This document shows, in pieces, positions 1 to 7,663 of a stretch of 64,000 nt of DNA. A program made the position numbers and the translations under genes. This DNA is from Candidatus Zixiibacteriota bacterium (lineage in GTDB: Bacteria > Zixibacteria > MSB-5A5 > GN15 > FEB-12): the NCBI GenBank assembly GCA_024278935.1, contig JAJRSF010000003.1, positions 3,730-67,729 of the forward strand, given 5' to 3'. Each line of letters starts with the position of its first letter. The stretch's first letter is position 1. The notes under the pieces are model-generated. The model was not told the origin of the DNA. It searched no databases and saw only the letters and a list, made by a program, of their open reading frames with translations.

Positions 1-131
1 ATATCTATGCCTGTTTTGTTATTATTATAACAACTATCGTCAACCAAAGAATCGCACAAATGGAAAAAGAAGATGAGACAAATGAAAACAATGCACAAAC
101 TTTTATCAGCAACGAAAATATAACGGAGTAA
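1..131 (+). CDS. C-terminal fragment of a gene cut by the window edge; hydrophobic stretch then acidic tail, function unknown
   Basis: Frame open from nt 3 to TAA at 129-131 (...IYACFVIIITTIVNQRIAQMEKEDETNENNAQTFISNENITE*). Same strand as the next gene and 4 nt upstream of it. No family recognised. Confidence 0.3.
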   Translation, partial: IYACFVIIITTIVNQRIAQMEKEDETNENNAQTFISNENITE

Positions 132-135
132 TAAA

Positions 136-1500
136 TTGTCTATTTATTCACAACTTTTACGAAGAACCGTTCTTCCATATCTGCTCTCCCGTGAAGACCA
201 AGCCTCGGCATTGCTTCATTTTTCTGCATTGCAAAAAAGTCAGTTCTGGTCAACAGAAAAACTCCGTGAAGACCAACTGAAACGTCTGCAAAAACTTCTC
301 AAAGATAGTTATGATAACACAACTTACTACCGTACGATAATGGATGAGCGAGGGTTAACGCCTGATTCATTTCAATCGCTTGATGATCTGAAAAAATTAC
401 CTGTACTCACCAGAGACATAACTTTTGATAGGCAGGAACAGTTCTTTTCCAAAAAGTTTAACAAGAAGTTCCTCCAGGAATTTACATCCGGTGGCACTAC
501 AGGTCAGCACGCAATTTTATTTCGTGAACAGGAAAGTTTTAATATCAAACTTGCTATGGCGTGGCGTCATGAAAACTGGATGGGGAAATCTCTGTGTGAT
601 AAGATCGGACATGTATGGCCGGCTGCAATGGATATAAACGATAACGAACCTTTTAGAACTCGGTTCAAAAATCGCTACCTCGACCGAAGAGTCATATACA
701 ACGCCGGAGCTTTAGACAATGCCTCACTGAATTTTATCAATCAAGACTTGCTCAAGTTTGACCCGGAATATTTAAAAGTATTCCCATCGGCACTCTTTGG
801 CTACACCGAATTTTGTATTGAAAACAAATTAGAACATCCAAAGTACAAAAGCATTTTATCAACCGGTGAACCTCTTTCTGCAACTCAGCGAAAATTGTTT
901 GAACAAACTTACGATTGCGAAGTATTCGACATGTATGGTTCCCGCGAAGTCGGCAATACATCATCGGAATGTCCGGCACACAGTGGTATGCATATCGCCA
1001 TGGAAACATCGCTTGTCGAATTTGTAAAAGATAACAAAGAAGTCGCAGGTGGCACCGAAGGTGAGATGCTCATCACCGACCTAACAAACTTTGCCTTCCC
1101 TCTCATACGCTATGCAATCAACGACTATGGTATCCCGATGAAAGAAAGTTGCACATGCGGAAGAGGACTTGTTCGGATGGATAAAGCACTAGGACGGTTA
1201 TCAGATAATATTTATAAACCTGACGGTTCGAAAATTCTCGGACATGTCTTAGGCATAGCGATAACTTTTGAAGGTCCTACAATCGGACAGACACAAGTAA
1301 TTCAAAAATCTCTTACTGAATTTGAAGTTAAAATAACCAACAAACCGGAACCAACAAAAGAAGTGCTTGAGTTTATTGAAAGAGAAATGAAATTATTAAT
1401 CGGGCAATCTATTAATATCAAAATAGAAGTTGTCGATGAAATACCTAAAGAAAAGTCAGGCAAAACCAGATTTATAAAATGCGAAATCGACGGCAAATAA
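136..1500 (+). CDS. Adenylate-forming ligase of the phenylacetate-CoA ligase / coenzyme F390 synthetase (CapK-like) family
   Basis: 454-aa ORF. It has the AMP-binding core FTSGGTTGQ, YGSREVG, and a C-terminal lysine motif SGKTRFI, all typical of PaaK/F390-synthetase-type enzymes of capsule/EPS loci. TTG start with GGAG 8 nt upstream. Confidence 0.75.
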   Translation: MSIYSQLLRRTVLPYLLSREDQASALLHFSALQKSQFWSTEKLREDQLKRLQKLLKDSYDNTTYYRTIMDERGLTPDSFQSLDDLKKLPVLTRDITFDRQEQFFSKKFNKKFLQEFTSGGTTGQHAILFREQESFNIKLAMAWRHENWMGKSLCDKIGHVWPAAMDINDNEPFRTRFKNRYLDRRVIYNAGALDNASLNFINQDLLKFDPEYLKVFPSALFGYTEFCIENKLEHPKYKSILSTGEPLSATQRKLFEQTYDCEVFDMYGSREVGNTSSECPAHSGMHIAMETSLVEFVKDNKEVAGGTEGEMLITDLTNFAFPLIRYAINDYGIPMKESCTCGRGLVRMDKALGRLSDNIYKPDGSKILGHVLGIAITFEGPTIGQTQVIQKSLTEFEVKITNKPEPTKEVLEFIEREMKLLIGQSINIKIEVVDEIPKEKSGKTRFIKCEIDGK

Positions 1501-1516
1501 GCACGAAGGAAAAAGA

Positions 1517-2707
1517 GTGAAAATATTAATTATAGATGAAGAATTCCCGTACCCTTTAAACTCGGGCAAACGGTTGCGAACGAGCAACCTTACCTATGAA
1601 CTTGCCAAAGAGAACGATGTATCCTATTTAGCATTTGGCGAACAAGAGAGTCAGGCGGCAAGACATTTTAAATCTAAAAACATTCAACCGATTGCAGTAA
1701 CTCCGCTTCAGAATAAAAAATCAGGTCTGTTCTTCTATATAAAACTTCTTGCAAATATTTTTTCACCTGAACCATATATCGTAACATCGCATTACTCGCA
1801 AGAATTTGAAACTGCGTTAAAAAGATTAGTTTCGGAACAATCATTTGATGTTATCATTTGCGAATGGACTCCCTACTCCCAATACGTCAAAAATTTACAA
1901 AAAGTAAAAAGCATAATCGTTGCTCATAATATTGAATCCGATATATGGAAACGCTACTACGACAACGAATCCAACCAGCTCAAAAAATTCTACGTTGGGC
2001 TTCAATATAAAAAACTGCTTCGATTTGAGAAAGCATGTTTCAAATGGGTCAATGGTGCCACAGCGGTTTCGTCGATAGATGCATCGTTTATGGAAAAACT
2101 CAACCTGCATTACAAACCGGCAGTAATTGAAAATGGCGTTGATACTGAGTTCTTCACTCCATCAGATACAAATATCATCCGAACCCGTCTCGCTTTCACC
2201 GGTTCAATGGACTGGCGGCCAAATCAGGATGCTGCCGAATTTTTCGCCAACGAAATTCTCCCACTGCTCAAAAAATCTATTCCTGACATCGAAGCATATT
2301 TTGTCGGGCGGAACCCTCCTGCTCATATTCAAGAGCTTGGTAAAATCGACGGCATCACTATTACCGGCATGGTCGATGATGTCCGCACATACATTGCCGA
2401 AGCTGCTTTGTATATTGTACCGCTTCGGATTGGCGGAGGTTCTCGTCTGAAAATTTTGGAAGCGATGAGTATGCAGAAACCGATTGTCTCGACAACTATC
2501 GGAGCCGAAGGGTTAGAAGTAACCGACAACCATGATATTTTAATTGCTGATTCACCGCAAGATTTTTGCGATACGATTTTAAAAGCACTGGATGACAAAC
2601 CACTTTGTGATAAGATAGCCACAAACGGTCACAGCTTGGTTCATGAAACTTATAAGTGGAGCAGTATTGGAAAAAAACTTATCCAATACCTGTCTGATCT
2701 TAAATAG
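1517..2707 (+). CDS. Glycosyltransferase family 4 (GT-B, retaining type)
   Basis: 396 aa. C-terminal GT4 signature GGGSRLKILEAMSMQKPIVSTTIGAEGL. GTG start after an AAGGA site. The stop directly abuts the next ATG. Confidence 0.85.
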   Translation: MKILIIDEEFPYPLNSGKRLRTSNLTYELAKENDVSYLAFGEQESQAARHFKSKNIQPIAVTPLQNKKSGLFFYIKLLANIFSPEPYIVTSHYSQEFETALKRLVSEQSFDVIICEWTPYSQYVKNLQKVKSIIVAHNIESDIWKRYYDNESNQLKKFYVGLQYKKLLRFEKACFKWVNGATAVSSIDASFMEKLNLHYKPAVIENGVDTEFFTPSDTNIIRTRLAFTGSMDWRPNQDAAEFFANEILPLLKKSIPDIEAYFVGRNPPAHIQELGKIDGITITGMVDDVRTYIAEAALYIVPLRIGGGSRLKILEAMSMQKPIVSTTIGAEGLEVTDNHDILIADSPQDFCDTILKALDDKPLCDKIATNGHSLVHETYKWSSIGKKLIQYLSDLK

Positions 2708-3843
2708 ATGAACACGACTGACAAAAAATTACGCGTCCTGCATCTTCGTGCCTCAAATTTTTATGGAGGTCCCGAACGGCAACTGCACTACCATGCCAAG
2801 TACGCCAAAGCTGACAACACTAATGTTATAATTTCATCCTTTTCAGAAAACAATCAGACGCCGGAATTTATCACAACTATTGCAGACGACAATTTAGAGA
2901 CACATGTTTTTGATGTAGCTTCTGCCTATGACCGTTCAGTAATTCAAAAAATAAAATCCTATCTGCAGGAAAATAGTATCGACATTCTCTGCACCCATGA
3001 TTACCGCACTCATTTTTATGGAAAGTCAGCAACCAAAAATATAGATACAAAATGGGTAGCTTTCTCACGAGGAATGACTAAAGAAAATTTCAAAATTAAG
3101 TTCTTCACATTTTTCGAAAAATATTTACTCCGCAAAGCAGACTACCTTGTTGCAGTCTCTGAATCACAAAAGCAAAAACTTATTGCTCAATCTATTGCTG
3201 CGGATAAAATTCAAACTATTCATAATGCGATTGATATTTCTTTAGTAAATAATATTGAAACAACTTCTTTACGAAAACGGTTTAATTTCCCCGATGATTC
3301 TGTGCTACTTATTAGCGGTGGACGGTTCTCCGATGAGAAAGGTCAAATCTATTTTGTACAAGCTGCGAAACTCGCTTTGGAGCAGAACAGTAAATTACGT
3401 TTTGTTCTTTTTGGCGATGGTCCCGATGTTGAAAAAGTTAAGACGTACGTTAATGAAAATAATCTTAGCAATAAAATTATCTGTCCCGGTTTTGAGAAAA
3501 ATATCTTGGGCTATTTAAAAGATACTGATATTTTGGTCAACCCTTCTCTCTCGGAAGGTCTTCCAAACATTGTTCTTGAAGCAATGGCGGCTCAAATCCC
3601 GGTTATAGCAACAAATGTCGGCGGTTTACCCGAAATTATAGATTCTGATTCCAATGGTATTTTAGTGCCGCCCAAAACGCTGATGCGTTGGCGACTGCTA
3701 TTATCAAATTAGTTTCCGATACTAATGAAAGAGAAAAATTTAAAATTAATAGTCGACAAACGATCATTGATTCATTTAATTTTAAAAGTCAAAACGATAA
3801 ACTCATAAAACTCTATACAAAGATTGCCGACAAAAATGCCTGA
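2708..3843 (+). CDS. Glycosyltransferase family 4, reading frame broken by a 1-nt deletion in an A run (3674-3677)
   Basis: The track ORF 2708-3712 ends in out-of-frame junk (..GILVPPKTLMRWRLLLSN*). The -1 frame continues QNADALATAIIKLVSDTNEREKFKINSRQTIIDSFNFKSQNDKLIKLYTKIADKNA* to TGA 3841-3843, which is the normal GT4 C-terminus. The core motif SLSEGLPNIVLEAMAAQIPVIATNVGGLPE is present. Confidence 0.8.
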
Positions 3844-4960
3844 ACCGATTAAAATTGCATATATCTTAGATACAATCATGACCCCATCGGCAGGTACCGA
3901 AAAGCAACTGCTCTATCTGCTCAATGGGTTAGATCGTGACAAAGTTTCGCCGTATCTTATTTGTCTTTATCAATCGGAATGGATGAAGTCGCAAACTTTT
4001 GATTTCCCTGTTTATTATCTAAACCTGCGATCGCTTTTTTCGTCTGACTTTTATAATGCCTATCAATTATTTAAAAATTTACACAAACAACAAAACTTTG
4101 ATATCATACAAACATTTTTCAAAGATGGAAATATCTTTGGAACTGTCGCAGGACATTTTTTAAAAATAAACAGAATAATTTCCAGTCGAAGAAATATCGG
4201 TTACTGGCATGATAACTTGCAGATTAGAATTTTACGTTTTCTGCAAAAATGGACGACTCATTATCTCTCAAATTCTCAAGCAGCAGTTGACAAGACGATA
4301 GAAATTGAAGGTGCCAAGAGCGACAAATTTAAAATTATCTACAATGGTTTAGACCTCAAACGTTTTCAGGAACTTGACCGTACTACTAGAGATATTCAAA
4401 GAGAGCAATGGAATTGCACTCCCGATGATATTATTATTGGCGTTGTTGCTAATTTACGACCGGTCAAAAGACTACACACAATTGTTGAAGCAGCAAAAGA
4501 ACTTGTTCCAAAACATTATAACTTAAAATTCATTTTCATAGGTGAAGGACCAGACAGAGTGTCACTTGAAAATCTTATCAGCAGCTACGATCTATCAGAC
4601 AATTTAAGACTCCCCGGTTCATCTCAAGATATCCCGGCTATTCTATCCGGGTTTGATATTGCCGTCCTGCCATCGTTAAATGAATCTTTCTCAAATGCAC
4701 TGATTGAATACATGGCATCGCAACTCCCTGTCATCGCTACTAAAGTTGGTGGCAATTCCGAAGCAATCGCACATGATGAGAATGGTCTTTTATACGAGTT
4801 AGAAGATGAAAATGGTTTAACTGAATCATTACAAATTATATTAGACAACAAAGAAAAAGCACAAACTCTCGCAGATAATGCAAAAGAAAAAGCATTTGCG
4901 GAGTACTCAATTGAAAAAATGATTTTAAACAATGAACTATTTTACAATTCAATGGTTTAA
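3836..4960 (+). CDS. Glycosyltransferase family 4
   Basis: GT4 motif NESFSNALIEYMASQLPVIATKVGGNSEAIAHDENGLL. ATG 3836 overlaps the restored stop of the previous gene (ATGCCTGA). The track start at TTG 3824 is also possible. Confidence 0.85.
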   Translation: MPEPIKIAYILDTIMTPSAGTEKQLLYLLNGLDRDKVSPYLICLYQSEWMKSQTFDFPVYYLNLRSLFSSDFYNAYQLFKNLHKQQNFDIIQTFFKDGNIFGTVAGHFLKINRIISSRRNIGYWHDNLQIRILRFLQKWTTHYLSNSQAAVDKTIEIEGAKSDKFKIIYNGLDLKRFQELDRTTRDIQREQWNCTPDDIIIGVVANLRPVKRLHTIVEAAKELVPKHYNLKFIFIGEGPDRVSLENLISSYDLSDNLRLPGSSQDIPAILSGFDIAVLPSLNESFSNALIEYMASQLPVIATKVGGNSEAIAHDENGLLYELEDENGLTESLQIILDNKEKAQTLADNAKEKAFAEYSIEKMILNNELFYNSMV

Positions 4961-4970
4961 AGAGTTAGTT

Positions 4971-5555
4971 ATGAAACATATTATTAAAATGATTATAATA
5001 GCTTTCTTTTATCTGTGTATTATTCCCTTTGGAATTACCGCTAAGCTGACATATAAATTATTTGGCTCTCAATTTTTGTTTACCATGTTCGCTGAGTTCC
5101 TTTCTCTTATACCTAGTTTTCCGGGATATTTTAGCAGAGGATGCTACTATCAAATGACTTTAGCCAAAGCCGATGTTGAACTGTTCACCGCCTTTGGAAC
5201 TTACGTTTCAAAAATCGAAACGACTATCGGCAAAAATGTCGGTATCGGCGGAAGAACCATAATCGGGTTCGCTGACATTGGAGACAACACCGTAATTGCG
5301 AATAACGTTTCAATACTATCTGGAGCAAGACAGCATAATTTTGACGACCCTGAATCTTTGATTGCCGGTAATGATAACCATTTTAACAAGATGATTATTG
5401 GTAAAAATGTCTTTATAGGCGAACAAGCGATAATCATGGCTAACATTGGTGACAAATCAATTATCGGAGCCGGTTCAGTTGTTGTCAAAGAAATCCCTCC
5501 CTACTCAATCGCCGTCGGCAACCCTGCCCAAGTAGTCAAAGAAAGAGCTAAATAA
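4971..5555 (+). CDS. Membrane-anchored left-handed beta-helix (hexapeptide-repeat) acyl/acetyltransferase, paralogue 1
   Basis: Two N-terminal hydrophobic helices, then hexapeptide repeats (IGKNVGIGGRTIIGFADIGDNTVIANNVSILSG...IGKNVFIGEQAIIMANIGDKSIIGAGSVV) and a C-terminal PPYSIAVGNPAQVVK. The start was chosen at MKHIIK, after the stop of the previous gene. Confidence 0.8.
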   Translation: MKHIIKMIIIAFFYLCIIPFGITAKLTYKLFGSQFLFTMFAEFLSLIPSFPGYFSRGCYYQMTLAKADVELFTAFGTYVSKIETTIGKNVGIGGRTIIGFADIGDNTVIANNVSILSGARQHNFDDPESLIAGNDNHFNKMIIGKNVFIGEQAIIMANIGDKSIIGAGSVVVKEIPPYSIAVGNPAQVVKERAK

Positions 5556-5605
5556 ATCTGATATTATTCCTATATATATACTAAGAACTCTATTTAGGAA
5601 TATGT

Positions 5606-6217
5606 ATGAAAAAGATTATCAAAACAATTATACTCGCAACAATATTTCTACTGACTGCTCCAATCGGGTATTCGTCAAAATTTTTCTATATTGTTTTTAA
5701 ATCATCAATGCTCTACTATTTTTTCGCCCAATTTACAGCACTTATTCCGGGGATTTTAGGAACATTTGTACGGGCATCATTTTATAAACAGACTCTCAAA
5801 AAATCATATCTCGATTTAGATATCGGTTTCTGCTCATATTTTTCAAAAATCGAAACCGAAGTCGGCAAAGCTGTTCTTATCACCGGACATACCCAAATCG
5901 GCATGGTAGTCATCGGCGACTACACCGTCATCGCAAATTATGTCTCAATTCTATCAGGGCGTTACCAGCACAATTTTACCGACCCGACCAAAAAGATTAC
6001 TGATGAGGTCAATGATATCTATAATTGTATCTATATCGGCTCAAATGTCTTCATAGGCGACAATTCTACGGTTATGGCTGACATCGGAGACAATACAATC
6101 GTCGGAGCAGCTAACAACGTAATCAAGCCTCTTCCCCCGTATGCAGTAGCTGTTGGCAACCCTGCAAAAATCGTAAAACAGCGAACAAAAGAACCATCCC
6201 AAACCATTACTGTTTAA
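5606..6217 (+). CDS. Membrane-anchored hexapeptide-repeat acyl/acetyltransferase, paralogue 2
   Basis: Same architecture as 4971-5555 and clearly alignable with it (FAQFTALIPG..., SKIETEVGKAV..., VSILSGRYQHNF, PPYAVAVGNPAKIVK). Confidence 0.8.
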   Translation: MKKIIKTIILATIFLLTAPIGYSSKFFYIVFKSSMLYYFFAQFTALIPGILGTFVRASFYKQTLKKSYLDLDIGFCSYFSKIETEVGKAVLITGHTQIGMVVIGDYTVIANYVSILSGRYQHNFTDPTKKITDEVNDIYNCIYIGSNVFIGDNSTVMADIGDNTIVGAANNVIKPLPPYAVAVGNPAKIVKQRTKEPSQTITV

Positions 6218-6443
6218 AAATTAACGTATTGCTCAGAAATTCAACAATTTCAGAATAATTCAGAATCATATTCAAACGACCGCCAACTCATATCGTACTG
6301 TAATACATAGCCTTAGAAACTGACATAAAAATAAACTGCTGGGCATGATATTTGAAGTTGAAAGTTTCATAATAATTTTGCTTCTTATCACTAAGAATGG
6401 TATAAGAACCGTAATATAAATTGAAAGAACTTAGTTTAGAAAA

Positions 6444-7637
6444 ATGAAAAAATTTATTATCATAGCTACTCTCGGAATTCTTATAGGAATTGCTGGAGTT
6501 ACATACAAATTAAATAAGATGAACGCCTTTATCTGGCTTCCTGATTATATCACTAATTCGCCAACCTTTGCCGAACAAGATGGAATTACTGACATAATTT
6601 TTGTCGTCATCGATCATTGGGAACCGGGTGGTAGTGAAGTACCACTTTTGGCTTGGACAGAAAATTACCGCACTCTTGCTGATAAACATATTGATTCCGA
6701 TGGTATCAAATTGCAGCATACTTGGTATTACCCTATCGAACAGTTTCGAGGACACGAAGTTGATTCTATTGTACAGTTAAGTCGTGAAGGGTACGGCGAT
6801 GTTGAACTGCATTGGCATCACGCAGGTGATAACTCAGAATCGTTCACTCGTAAATTACGAGCTGGGCTTGATTCATTGCGAGCTCATGGTGCCTTACGAA
6901 CCGATGACTCGCTTGGCTATTTTTCGTTTGTACATGGCAACTGGGCGTTAGACAATTCACGGGCAGGACAAGGAAGCGGTATGTGTGGTGTTGATAATGA
7001 AATCACAATTTTACAAGAACATGGTTGCTACGCCGACTTTACATTTCCTGCTATGACTCAAACTGCTCAACCATCTTTGGTGAACAAAATTTATTACTGT
7101 ATTGATGATCCCGATAAACCAAAATCTCATAATACAGGCGTCGAATCATCGGTTGGCTATACACCCAAAGAGAACGAATTTATGATCTTTGAAGGACCAT
7201 ATATGATTGACTGGTCTGACTGGCGATTTAAGACTCATCCGACTTTTGATGACGGTAATCTCTACTGGGAAATACCGACGACTTTCGAACGATTTGAAAC
7301 CTGGCTCTCAGCAAATATCCATGTCAAAGGACGCTCAAACTGGCAGTTTATCCGCCCATTTACTCATGGTTGCGATTTAAAGCATCCCGATGCCTTTGAT
7401 AATATTTTAGGAAAAAATATCGATAAAATGCTGACAAAAGTAGAAAATGTCTATAAAGATAACGAAAAATACCGATTACATTATATGACAGCTCGAGAGG
7501 CATATAATGTCGTAAAAGCTGCCGAAGCAGGGCATAATGGAAACCCGAACGATTACCGTGATTTCATTCTGCCAAAATATAACTACACCCTGGATTCACT
7601 GAACCTAGATTCAATGAATAAGGTTGAGAACGAATAA
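6444..7637 (+). CDS. Membrane-anchored hypothetical protein; possibly a metal-dependent polysaccharide-modifying (deacetylase-like) enzyme
   Basis: 397 aa with an N-terminal TM anchor. His/Asp-rich motifs VIDHWEPGG, ELHWHHAGDN and FVHGNWALDN suggest a metal site. The family was not recognised with certainty. Sits in the glycan locus. Confidence 0.45.
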   Translation: MKKFIIIATLGILIGIAGVTYKLNKMNAFIWLPDYITNSPTFAEQDGITDIIFVVIDHWEPGGSEVPLLAWTENYRTLADKHIDSDGIKLQHTWYYPIEQFRGHEVDSIVQLSREGYGDVELHWHHAGDNSESFTRKLRAGLDSLRAHGALRTDDSLGYFSFVHGNWALDNSRAGQGSGMCGVDNEITILQEHGCYADFTFPAMTQTAQPSLVNKIYYCIDDPDKPKSHNTGVESSVGYTPKENEFMIFEGPYMIDWSDWRFKTHPTFDDGNLYWEIPTTFERFETWLSANIHVKGRSNWQFIRPFTHGCDLKHPDAFDNILGKNIDKMLTKVENVYKDNEKYRLHYMTAREAYNVVKAAEAGHNGNPNDYRDFILPKYNYTLDSLNLDSMNKVENE

Positions 7638-7663
7638 AATTTCTCTTTAGGAGGAAATAGTAT

